Shown here piece by piece: positions 38,770 through 49,511 of a stretch of DNA of 64,000 bases. This DNA is from Trichodelitschia bisporula (taxonomy: Eukaryota), in contig ML996691.1 in assembly GCA_010356995.1 (NCBI GenBank), forward strand, positions 1,308,174 through 1,372,173. The letters are read 5' to 3'. The translations under genes were made by a program, and so were the position numbers. The notes beneath the pieces are model-generated. The model was not told the origin of the DNA. It worked only from the letters and a program-made list of their open reading frames with translations, and made no database searches. Positions within the stretch are counted from its first letter, which is position 1. Each line of letters opens with the position of its first letter.

Positions 38770-38818
38770 AGGGTTGGGTTGTGAGTACGGTGGTGTGTTT
38801 GTGGATTGGGGCACTTGT

Positions 38819-39064
38819 TCACCCGTCAGATTTGGCGCCCCGAGTCTGACGTCTTGTGTATATCTATTGATTGGGTCCGCCTTGCTCCTCTCTTGTTTTC
38901 TCCTTTGGCGGCGAAATATGCGTCCTCTGACGAGCTGAAGGATGTGCGCCTCACCGCTGGAAGAGAAGACAAAAAAGGAGCGAGGCGAACACAGTCAATA
39001 GAGATACATAAGAAGCGAAGGAGCTGGATGAATAAGAGCTTGGGGTGCTGGACCTGACGGGCGA
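38819..39064. repeat. Long imperfect inverted repeat / foldback; inner arms 38852-38926 and 38939-39013, outer arms ~38819-38848 and ~39035-39064
   Basis: Inner arms align without gaps over 75 nt (54 identical by hand count) around a 12-nt loop. Outer tcacccgtcag..cccc is mirrored by gggg..ctgacgggcga. Confidence 0.9.
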
Positions 39065-39128
39065 GGCTTGAGGGATCGAGGGCAAAAAGGTTACCCGCAA
39101 CAGCTGTCATGATATCCCCAGGAGTGGA

Positions 39129-39632
39129 CTAAATCTCCCCCATAGCAATCCAATTCCACATTTCGCACCGCGACACCACCACGGGCTCCCCATTCACTTC
39201 CATGCTCCGTCTGTAGTCACAAAGACCGTATCTGCAAACGAAAAACAACAGTCCATCTCTCCATTTCGACGCATTGATCCCCGTCCTACACTTCCTGCTC
39301 GGCTCTGGATATTCACACTCGCACAGAGGATTTGCCTCGCTGACGCCGCGGTGGTCCAGGAAAGTAAGGAAGCAGTTGCAACCACGGCAAGCTGCATATG
39401 GACGCCCTTTGTTGCCGTTAGTGGTGGTCATGGTCGTGGCTTTGATGATATTGCTTCCATATCAGCGACGGCAGTGCGTTGGGACGGATATACGCGGTAA
39501 TGTAGCCTTTTGGCCTATTAGTCTGCCGTGCTTCCGTCTTCTTTTCCAAGGACAGGAAAGTAACGTACAACCGCTCTTCGGAATTCCAAATAGGGCGACC
39601 AATTCGGTCCAGTGTCTTGAGCCATAAGGCAT
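39129..39632 (-). pseudogene. GRF-type zinc-finger gene interrupted by an in-frame TGA (39462-39464)
   Basis: HCRR*YG..NGNKGRPYAACRGCNCFLTFLDHRG..NPLCEC..LFFVCRYGLCDY resembles the small fungal double GRF-finger proteins. The upstream frame is continuous to ATG 39632. Confidence 0.65.
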
Positions 39633-39994
39633 AGAATTTAACGCGGATATCGCCGGAAGAGTGAAGCTGGAAGCTAGTGAATTTACCGAACAGAAGTGCG
39701 GAGGAGACACCTGTTTATCACTTCCTCCGCAGTAAGTGCGTTACATGTCGACAAACGATAACCGGGCACAGGACGGGTAGCAGCATCATCAAAGCTGCAA
39801 TTCCTATACATCTCCCGCTCCCCCGAGCTGAGGGTCAGCAGCCAATGCGGAGCCAGAGCGCAGACGAGAGGTAGTGTAACGCGACTGGTTGACGAAGCTG
39901 ATCTGCTTTGATTGCTTTGACTAACGAAAAGTCAGATTCCATTGAGAAGTTGAAGCGTCTGGTATTCGAGAGATGGGAGAAACAGCCGAGGGAG

Positions 39995-40250
39995 TCGATG
40001 ACGCAGACGTGAGGAAGGAGCATCGTTATATCAAGGGGCATACGATGCATACTTATCGGAAGAAGGAACCTACATAATGTACGCATGATGGGAGCAAGGA
40101 GCATTGGAGGACATTTGCCACATCATGTATTTAGTCTCGAGCGTCCTCTTCTTCTTCTCTTCTTCTCTTCGTCTCTTCATCTTTTTTCACCTTTCACTTC
40201 ACACCGCAGCCATTTGCGCGTGTCAAGCCTACGTAGTATGCTTCCATTAG
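39995..40250 (+). repeat. Short dispersed repeat, copy C
   Basis: gcagacgtgaggaaggagcat..taatgtacgcatgatgggagcaaggagcattggaggaca..gccacatcatgtatttagtctcgagc, CT tract, ttcactt..gcctac..ttccattag. Confidence 0.8.
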
Positions 40251-40934
40251 TTGCACAGCGGAGCCGTGTTTACATACTACGGAGTACGTATGTTTTGATA
40301 TTCGGCGAGATCGTCGTGCGGGACGAGGTCGAGACTGGGTACGAGTACGAGCGTACGAGTGAGGTTGGGGACAAGTGGCGCTAACCACCACAATCCAGAC
40401 CTCTAACGTCCAACGTCCAACGCCTACCGTCCTCAAACACCAAAACACCAAACAGTTACACATCTCTCCACCTTCCACCAGCGCATGAACTACTCTCGCA
40501 TGTCATACCCGCACCGCACCGCTTGGCCCGCCAGGAGCCCCTGCTGTACACCATCTGCTCCGCGATCGTTGCGGCAAGGTACCGTAGGATCCCTGACGCG
40601 TTCCTCTCTACGCCTCATCAACCATCAAGTAAAATCTTCTAGAAAACATCTAAATTTACATCCCACCATCTACCCCCCAATCTCTCATTCGCTCCTCCAA
40701 ATGAATCCACCCCCCCGCCCCCCCGCCAACCCATCAAACCCCCCAGTTCGCCTCTATCCGAGGCCTCCTCCGCCTTGAATAGTGAGCCCGAACCACCCGC
40801 ACCACCCTGGAAGCCCACGTCGATCAGAATAGCCTCTCGCTACCACCCACCATGCCGTCCGCAAACCCAACTTCAACGTCAACCTCACCACCCTTCCGCC
40901 CTCGACAGCCGTCCATGTCGCCCCCACCGGCGCA

Positions 40935-42563
40935 ATGGGCCGCCCACACCTTTCCACCGCACACCTCTCCTCCTCCGCGGCCCGCCTCTCCTCGTCCGCA
41001 GCGCACTACACTCCGCAACTCCTGGCGCTGACCCGCGTCCTCGCCGCCATCATCTACGTGGCCGCGCTCCACGCCCTCGCCGCAGCAGACACGCTCATCC
41101 AGCGCGCGGCATCCGCAACCGGCATCCCGCGCCTCGCCATTCTCAAGCGACAATCCGTCCCCGTGCGACGGCGCCTGAATCGGCTCCTCGTTGCGCTGTT
41201 GAGTGTTGGCCTTGCGCTCGGCACCCTCGAGTACCGGCACCGAGTGTATGCGGCGCAAATCCAGATCCCCATCCTAGGGTGGGGCGAAAATGATCTGGGC
41301 CTCTACTACCCCCCCATCGGCGCGGAGCACCTCCCCCGCGTCGCGGAATACAACGTGTACCGACGGCGGCGGCCGCGAACACCGCTCTTCATTCCGTACA
41401 CGCGGAACAATACCATGCTAACGCAGGCCGTGCTCTCTTACATCGCAGCCGGGTGGCCGCGATCCGACATCGTCATCGTTGAGAACACAGGCACCATGGA
41501 CGCGAACCCACGGGGCCAATTAACGCCCTCGAACCCGTTCTTCCTCGACCACGAGCGCTTCCGAAAGCGCTACGGCGTGTCAATCCTCCAAACCCCTACA
41601 CTGCTCAACTTCGCCCAACTCCAAAACTTCCTCCTGCGCATCGCACTCGCCCGCGGCTGGGCCTACTTCTTCTGGTCGCACATGGACATCGCCGTCCTCA
41701 GCGCCGAAGAATTCACCCCCTACAAATCCTTCTACCACCGCGTCATCGACCTGCTCGACAGCGTCGGACTTCCCCTGTCCACCGTCCACCCCCGCCCACC
41801 GCAGGCCCAGCCCACTTCCCCCCCCGGCCCCACCGCGCGCCTAGCAACTCATCTGTCTTCTTACCTCCACACCCCGACCTCCGTCCTGTCGAGCTTAAAA
41901 CCGAGCCCAAACTGGGCAACTAAATTCTTCGACTTCGATAACCTAGCCCTGATCAACGTGTCCGCCTGGTCCCGCATCGGGCCCTGGGACGTCTTCGTCC
42001 CGTACTACAACACGGACTGCGACGCCTACGCCCGGGCGGCTATGCACGGCTACGGGCGCGACGACGTGCAGGCCGGGTACATATTCGACGTGGCGGAAGC
42101 GGTCGCCGACCCCGAGGCCCGCTTCTTCCCTTCCCCTTCCCGTGCCAAGCGTCGCGAATGGGGCGCTGGGCCCGGGGCCGAGGAACCGCAGGGCGGGAGG
42201 CTGTTGAGCTGGCGGTATCAGTGGCTGAAAGCCGAGCTCGCGGCGCTGATGCTCGCGAAGAACAGTAACGTGGCTGGGCGGAATACGTGGCAGGGTGGTG
42301 GGGACAAGGCGCGCCCGCCGCGCGAGAAGTGGAGTCACGAGGCTAGGGCGTTTCAAGCCGCCTGGTGGAGCACGGCGGATTACGGCCGGGCGATGTATGT
42401 GCGCAAGTGGGGCACGTTGGAGTGTGATCTCGTCGGGAATAATAAGACGCTGAAGGATGCTTGGTTGCAGGAGTATTTGGATGAGGAGAGTGAGGAGTAT
42501 AAAGAGAGGATGAAGGAGGAGGAGAAGTGGAATGGGGTGCTGGCGGAGAGTGCGATTCGCTAG
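40935..42563 (+). CDS. Membrane-anchored putative glycosyltransferase-like protein (542 aa)
   Basis: N-terminal hydrophobic segments. Conserved-looking blocks PLFIPYTRN..LTQAVLSYIAAGWP..IVIVENTG, TPTLLNFAQLQNF, FFWSHMD, IGPWDVFVPYYNTDCDAY suggest a GT-A-like fold; function is inferred. Confidence 0.75.
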   Translation: MGRPHLSTAHLSSSAARLSSSAAHYTPQLLALTRVLAAIIYVAALHALAAADTLIQRAASATGIPRLAILKRQSVPVRRRLNRLLVALLSVGLALGTLEYRHRVYAAQIQIPILGWGENDLGLYYPPIGAEHLPRVAEYNVYRRRRPRTPLFIPYTRNNTMLTQAVLSYIAAGWPRSDIVIVENTGTMDANPRGQLTPSNPFFLDHERFRKRYGVSILQTPTLLNFAQLQNFLLRIALARGWAYFFWSHMDIAVLSAEEFTPYKSFYHRVIDLLDSVGLPLSTVHPRPPQAQPTSPPGPTARLATHLSSYLHTPTSVLSSLKPSPNWATKFFDFDNLALINVSAWSRIGPWDVFVPYYNTDCDAYARAAMHGYGRDDVQAGYIFDVAEAVADPEARFFPSPSRAKRREWGAGPGAEEPQGGRLLSWRYQWLKAELAALMLAKNSNVAGRNTWQGGGDKARPPREKWSHEARAFQAAWWSTADYGRAMYVRKWGTLECDLVGNNKTLKDAWLQEYLDEESEEYKERMKEEEKWNGVLAESAIR

Positions 42564-43630
42564 TCTGGGGGGTGGAGTGGGAGGGTGGGGGGAAGTGAAG
42601 GTCTGTAGGAATTAGTAATGTGTCGATCTCACCGTACCCCGCTCTCATCGCAGGGACGCAATCGTTCCCTCGGTATACCATACCGTGTGTACGGTACGAG
42701 CAGCGCAAGCCGCTGCATCAGATCCCTAACCCACACCCGCCATTCGCGACCAATCGCTCCCCCCCCCGGACCCCGCCCCGCAGTCGCGATCTGCACACCA
42801 AGACGCGGGCGAGAAGTGGCTGCTTGGCTCGAGGCTTGTTCTGAGGACCAGTGATGGGGCATATCTGAGGATGGGCACGGCATCACGGCAGAAGGAAGGC
42901 TAGAAAAGTGTTTCATCAGGTACCTTATTGTTTCTTTGTCGTCGATGGCCATGTCTCGCCGGAGGTTGAGAGCATAGACTCCGCAAACAAACGCAGCAGG
43001 TGGTAATTGAACTCGCCAGCCGCAACACCAGAGAAAGACATCACAACCGCCCCATCCCAGAACTACTCGGAGCCCTAATACCGGTCTCAGCAACCACGCC
43101 TGCTCGCGGGCGCCTTCTCTTCTTTGCCAGAACCAACTGTCAGGAGCCAGTCGAAGAGAGGCAACCGCGAGCAGGCGTAGGATTGAGACCGGAATTAGGA
43201 CGGCGAGTAGCCTTGAGAATGTAGCGAGTGTTTTTTCCCCTCCAGTACGGGTATGCAGCTGATGAGCTCCATCATAACCCACTGCGTGTTTGCGAAGGCC
43301 GTTGCTCTGCTCGAAACCTCCGGCGAGATTGCTGCACGCTTGAAGCTGACAGTGTACATGCCGCCGTTGCTATCAACCCCTACTCCCGTCATCCACCCAC
43401 CCCCTGCGCCGCAAGGAAAGTCTTACAGAGTCCAGAGTCCCGATCCCACCGTCAACCCACCCCCGGCCCATACTCATCATGCCAAAAGCGAATGACCCTA
43501 CAAGAAACGCAAAGCTCCCCCCTCCCCGCATTCGCAGTGATATCAAAGAGCAATCCACAAGTACACAGAGACGCAAAAACACAAAACGCCAGATGACGCG
43601 CCAGGTACGGTGCTACACAAGAAGTAGGGA

Positions 43631-44862
43631 CTAGACCAAGCCGTCGTAGAGCGACAGAGCAGAAACAATCGTCTCATCCCGCTTCGATCCCTCCTTGAAC
43701 TCCGCCATGTCCAAGCTGCCGTTTTCGTCCTTGTCCATCATGCGGAAGATCTTCTTGACGCGCTTCTCCGGCGTGTCTTCGTCCTCAGGGAGCTTGACCA
43801 TGCTCCCGACCTGCGGCGTGTGAGGAGTGCGCTACAACTAAGGGGGGGCGGGACTGACCATCTTGTAAATAGCCTCGACAATCGCGAGCATCTCCTCGTA
43901 GCTAATCTTCCCATCCCCATCAATGTCATACAACTGGAACGCCCAGTCAAGCTTATCCTCCATCTTGCCCCTGCTCGTGACGCTCAGCGCGCAAATGAAC
44001 TCCTTAAAGTCGATCGTGCCCGACTTATCCGCATCGAAGACGTTAAACACGTAGTCCGCAAAACTGCTCGGATCGCCAAAGGGGAAGAACTTCTTGTAGA
44101 TCTTCTGGAACTCCTCCTTCGTGAGCATGCCACTCGGGCAATCATTGAGGAAACCTATAACCGCCGTAAGCCGCGTGGCAAGCAAACAAAACGGATGGAT
44201 GCGTTACCTTTGTACCACTGCTGTAACTCCTTCTTGTCGAAATGCGTCGCCTTCTGCAGCTCGTTGAGCTCTTGCGGCGTCAACTTGCTCTGGCTACGAG
44301 CACGCAACGTCAGCTTCGCGTTCTCAAGCTTGATGCAGGAAACACCGCAGAGTTCGCCCAAGGTCCGCCCCAGCTGGCTCACGCGGATCCGGAAAGCGAG
44401 GTTCCGCCGGCGAAGGTATGCCTGATATTCGATGCTGCCGCGAGGGGGAATAGGGAGACCGTGGGGCCGCGCGAAATTGATGGGGAGCGAGAAGCGCCGG
44501 CCCAGAACTCCAGGACCGGGAAACGCAGGGCCCATGCGCTCATTCTCCTCGCCGGACTCCATGGTGTAAGGGTCGTTGCTCGTGGTCAGGGTGAAGGATT
44601 GCACGGGTCGCTGTGATACGGTGCCTGGTGCAGTTGCGCAGGTAGAGTTTCACAGAAACAGGTTTCCGAATGGCGTGCTCCCGAAGGTCGGCGATTGTGC
44701 CAGCATTCACTGGTTTCCCGGCCCGACAGTCGTTGCGGTCCTTCTCCAGACAGCTGTTCCACTCCAATCTGCCAGTGGCGACCATTCCGGGCGGTCAAGG
44801 CCATCGCAGCGGAAAGCACACCAAGCCAAAGGATATATGGACACAACTTACGATTTCCCCAT
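43631..44862 (-). CDS. FRQ1: Frequenin / neuronal calcium sensor-1, 190 aa; exons 44862-44852, 44293-44208, 44154-43859, 43810-43631
   Basis: Spliced MGKSQSKL myristoylation start, [18 protein letters not shown] hands [36 protein letters not shown], end ALSLYDGLV. Exons total 191 codons. Confidence 0.96.
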
Positions 44863-47064
44863 TGTGGGCGATATGCGTGCAAGCTAAGCGCAGCTGCGTG
44901 TTCGGAGTATGGCCGCTGGTGTCTCGAGATCTTTAAGACGTGGGTTGGGGCGGAAAGGCGGGGTGAAGGTCGTTCGAAGAGGAGCGCTTGTAGAAGGGGG
45001 CGCAGCAGCGATGGCGGGCTCGGCGGAGCGGGGGGGAAGCGCGACGGGCGGGAATGGGCCGCAGGGGAGGTGTGAAGGCCTTGTTGGTGAAGGGTGGGAG
45101 GACTCGTGTGTATCTAGCGGGGGTAAAGGTGAGATTCGGCGTTAGGGACAAGAACAAAGCGGAGGGAGGGTTGGAAGTTTGGGGTGAAAGAGGTCGGTGG
45201 TGGTGAGTTGGTACGTAGGCGGGTCATCGGCGAGGTCGTCTGTTGCGCGCCTTACTTGGGGGCCGCTAGTGCGGATCTAGAAAATCATGACGATAGTTAC
45301 ACCAATCATGATGAATGCTTTGTGTTATGAGCAAAATGGACCTCACTGTCTAACAGTCTAACCATTCACCGGATAGGTTTTGCTGCGGGGCACTACAACG
45401 TTTTACAGCGTTCTGCTCGGACATCCCCGCGCATGTATCCTTACGTCATTTTACGCCTTATCGTGGTTACCTTTGCAGCCTGAGCACCTACTTAAGCGCC
45501 AGCTTTTCCCTTGGCATGCAAAGCCATCTCACGTCTTCCACTGTCCGGTTTCTCCCTCTGCGTGATGCTTATCCTATTTTTTAAGGAACTACGAGGGTAG
45601 CTCTAGGCCTTCACGATGCATCTAGGTGCTGAGTGGCTCCGCTGGAAGCTCGTCTCTCTTGTCATTGTTCCTTTGTCACCCTCCCTTCGTTTGTTCTGAA
45701 GTTCAGCTCTGCCTCGCGCTGGCGTGCAGTAAGGCTAGCAGTGCCTGATTCTGCTCTTAGTCAATGATCTTTGACCGTGGGTTCTCCGATAAGTCTAGCC
45801 TTCGGATACTCACTATGGCGTTGGGCCATCACTTTTCAACGGTGCAGAGGCCGGGAAGGCGAACACTCGAGGATTCACAAGCTCAGCTGACTTTCCGCAC
45901 TGGGCCACCAGATCCCAGTAGCGATTATGCATGGCTTTGCTTGGTATTGCTTAGCACCGGGCTCTGTTGCATGTCTCGGGCTCTTTACGAATACCGTACA
46001 AAGAAGCCGATGCGGCTCTGCGGAACCCCTCCGATCCCTGGACTCTCGGCCCGCATCCTTGCTTGGTTGTCCCGATCTGGGCGCCGAATCTAACTATCAA
46101 GAATTCATCTTGGCTGAAATATCTGCCGCCTGCAACACCCGGGCTGGGAATGTGGGGCTTCTTCTTCAGCTCTCATGCCATCTAAATTTTCTATATGTTC
46201 TGGTCACTGATGTCCATTCAGAGTCCGATGCTCTGTAGGAGAATGGATTGGATACGAGTATATCGTGAAGCATCACAGGTCGACGAGTAGATCAAGCTGC
46301 CTGGAAAGAGATGGGTGTCAAATCTGATATGTGTTAAAGGCGGGTATTCACACGGAGTGTCTGAGACGTGGCAGCAGCTTAAAGACGATAGGATTACTAT
46401 CCTAGCCGTCCGGAGTTTAGGTGGTGATGCTCATCAAATGCTAGGATCTCCGAGAAAATCGGCCCACCTTCGACGACCTTCAGATGATTGGTATCCCCCT
46501 TGATCTCGCTCATATCACCGTTGGAAAGTCCTCATATGCTAGGGTAGAAACCAGCCCATGACCTTCAAAGGGACTCAGGATTGTCAGTGGATCACTAATT
46601 CATGAAAGAGTCACTGTCAAATGAATATATGCACACAAACGCAGTGGCCAATCGCAAGCTCCATCACGCCCATGGTTTGCCTTCCCTCAACGCTTTCAGC
46701 ACGAGAAGCGCGCGATTACACTCTGGCCACGGCAGTCATCGGAACGGACGGTGCGGATCAACAGAATTAGAAAGTCACAATGCCCAAACAGCAAGAAACC
46801 GACAGATGGCTCAGCCTTGTCCCGACTGACTCGCCCAATAGGCCCGTGTCTTGGCGCTCTGAATTTTGCGGCCTAGGGCATCAGCAGACATATCGTGACA
46901 TCACCTCCCCACCAGCTCTCTGACTTCACTCCATCGCCCCAACTCCAGCCCCCTCCGTCCTGCACATCGGCCATGGGCATAATATAACAACTCTCGCAGC
47001 TCCATTAAACCCAGATTCACACTCACTACACCCCATTCCCTCGTTCAACACACCAACCGTCAGC

Positions 47065-48861
47065 ATGTCCACTCCCACCTCCACCCCGCTACAAACCCTC
47101 AACCTCGCCCACGAATGGCTCCGCCTAGACAAAGACCCCAAAACTCACGCCCGTATCTCCGCCCTCCTCGACAACCCTTCTTCCCATGCTACCCTCACCT
47201 CCCTCCTCCACCCGCCCCTCGCCTTCGGCACCGCCGGCCTCCGCGCCCCCATGGACGCCGGCTTCGCGCGCCTCAACGCCTTAACCATAATCCAGGCCAC
47301 GCAGGGCCTAGCAAGCTACCTGCTCTCCAGCGCCGCAACCCCGATCTCCGTCCGCCACTCCGGCATAGTCCTCGGCTACGACGCTAGGCACAACTCAGAG
47401 CGCTTTGCTCGGCTCACGGCGGCCGTGTTTGCGGGCCGTGGCTTCCGCGTCTGGTGGTATGAGCTCCCGGTGCACACGCCGCTCGTGCCGTTCGGTGTCC
47501 AGGAACTCGGTGCTGCGGCCGGGGTTATGATTACCGCGAGCCATAACCCGGCCGCGGATAACGGGTACAAGGTTTACTGGGTGAATGGGTGCCAGATCGT
47601 ACCGCCGCTCGACGCGAAGATCGCGGCTGCGATTGAGGACAACCGCGAGCCGGATCCGGAGGCGTGGGATGAGAATGCCGTGGAGGATAGTTTGCTGGTG
47701 GAGGGCGCGTTCGGGCTCGTCGAGGACGCATATCTGAACGCTGTGCTCGGCGCTGCGGATCCGCAGCGCCTGCTCTCTCAAGCACCCATCTCAGCGCTTA
47801 GATTCGTGTATACGCCCATGCACGGCGTGGGGCTGGACTACATGCGACGTGCGCTGCGGGCGCTGGGCATCGAGGACGCGCTCACCGTTGTGCCCGAACA
47901 AGCGGACCCGGACCCGGATTTCCCGACTGTGCGCTTCCCGAACCCGGAGGAGAAGGGCGCGCTGGATCTTGCGTTCCGCACGGCGGATGAGCACGGCCTT
48001 ACGCTCGTAATTGCCAATGATCCGGACGCGGATCGCCTGGCTGTGGCGCAGAAGGAAGATGGCAAGTGGCGGCAGTTCAGCGGTAACGAAGTCGGCGCGC
48101 TGCTGGCGTCGCACGTGCTGGACACATACCGCGCGGATCCAGACGCCGACATCCGGAAGCTCACGATGCTCGCGTCGACGGTGTCGTCGCGGCTGCTCAG
48201 CACCATGGCCGCTGCCGAGGGCTTCACGTTCCGCGAAACGCTCACTGGGTTCAAGTGGATCGGCACCACGGCACTGCATCTCAACGCCACGGGACTAGAC
48301 GTGGCATTCGGCTTCGAAGAAGCCCTCGGCTACATGCTCCCCTCCGTCGTCCCCGACAAAGACGGCATAACCGCCACAGCCCTGTTCCTCTCCGCCGTCG
48401 CGCGCTGGCACGTGCAGAACCTCACTCCCGCCACTAAACTCCAGCAGATCTACGAGAAATACGGCTTCTTCGCCGAGGCGAATACATACGTCCGCTCTCC
48501 CAGCCCGGCTACCACCCACGCTGTCTTCGCTGCAATCCGCGGTCTCGGCGCGCCGCACCCAGCTTCCCTCGGTGGACGCCATGTCCTGAAGTGGCGTGAT
48601 CTGACCAAGGGCTGGGACTCGGAGACGGAGGGCCGCACCCCCTTGCTGCCCGTCGACCCGGGGAGCGAGATGCTAACGGCGGAAGTCGAAGGTGGCGTGC
48701 GCTTCACAGTACGCGCCTCAGGTACAGAACCCAAGATAAAACTGTACGTCGAGTGTCGCGCATCGAGCATGTCGGAAGCCCAGCGTGGAGCGCAGGCTGT
48801 CGCCGAGGATATCTTGACCGAGTGGTTGCGGGTGCGGGAAAACGGGCTAGTCAGAGCATAG
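47065..48861 (+). CDS. Phosphoglucomutase-2 / phosphoribomutase family (PGM2/PRM15-like), 598 aa
   Basis: FGTAGLR, catalytic ITASHNP, metal loop DPDADR, GFEEALG, RASGTEPKIK. Intronless. Confidence 0.93.
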   Translation: MSTPTSTPLQTLNLAHEWLRLDKDPKTHARISALLDNPSSHATLTSLLHPPLAFGTAGLRAPMDAGFARLNALTIIQATQGLASYLLSSAATPISVRHSGIVLGYDARHNSERFARLTAAVFAGRGFRVWWYELPVHTPLVPFGVQELGAAAGVMITASHNPAADNGYKVYWVNGCQIVPPLDAKIAAAIEDNREPDPEAWDENAVEDSLLVEGAFGLVEDAYLNAVLGAADPQRLLSQAPISALRFVYTPMHGVGLDYMRRALRALGIEDALTVVPEQADPDPDFPTVRFPNPEEKGALDLAFRTADEHGLTLVIANDPDADRLAVAQKEDGKWRQFSGNEVGALLASHVLDTYRADPDADIRKLTMLASTVSSRLLSTMAAAEGFTFRETLTGFKWIGTTALHLNATGLDVAFGFEEALGYMLPSVVPDKDGITATALFLSAVARWHVQNLTPATKLQQIYEKYGFFAEANTYVRSPSPATTHAVFAAIRGLGAPHPASLGGRHVLKWRDLTKGWDSETEGRTPLLPVDPGSEMLTAEVEGGVRFTVRASGTEPKIKLYVECRASSMSEAQRGAQAVAEDILTEWLRVRENGLVRA

Positions 48862-48897
48862 CCATCACCCATCGCACAAGCACATGCAGCGGGCAGG

Positions 48898-49511
48898 TTA
48901 CGAGTGCATTCCCACCCTAACGCCCTGCCCCCCTCCCCCATTCCGTCCCAAATCCTCGCTCCCACCCCGCTCGTGACTCCGCCTCCCCCGCCGCGGACGC
49001 CAGGACTTGCCCTCATGCTCGGCGTCAAGGAGTTGTTCGAGCACCCAGGCGCGCGCCTGCCCATCATGCTTTACGTCTGGACTGTTGAGCAGTGTAGTAA
49101 GCGCTGCTTTGCGCTCTTGGATGCGGGCGTAGAGGGCGCATTCTGCTGTGCGGGCGTCGATGGCGTCCATGTCGAGGGGTTCGAAGGGGGGTGGCGGGGA
49201 GGAGCGGGAGGGGAGGGAGGAGGGTGGTGTTGGGGGGAGGCGAGTTGGGGGTGGTGAGGGGAGGGAGGAGGGCGTTTGGGTTTGTTGAAGGCGGGGGTGG
49301 TTGTCGGGATGGGAGGAGAGGCGGGCGCGCAGTAGGGCGCATTCGTCGCTGAGGTGGGTGTAGGTGCGCCAGATTGTATCCTGTCTTCGGTTAGATGGGC
49401 TGTCTGTACGGGCGGAGGGAGAGAGGAGTGGGAGGCTAGACATACGAGTTCGGGAGCGTGGCCCGGGCCGCTGGTTGCGGGGAGGGCGGGAGTGGGTGGT
49501 GAGGAGTACAT
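48898..49511 (-). CDS. Fungal hypothetical protein, 182 aa; exons 49511-49446, 49380-48898
   Basis: Intron GTATGT..CTAAC..CAG joins MYSSPP..APEL to DTIWRTY in frame. Helical C-terminal block LTTLLNSPDVKHD..RAWVLEQLLDAEHE. Confidence 0.65.

Noticed and set aside
39072..39119. SECIS-like ATGA..AA..GA arrangement in the 3' UTR of the TGA-containing GRF gene (- strand)
   Set aside because: Helix II pairs poorly, and Dikarya are not known to encode selenocysteine machinery.
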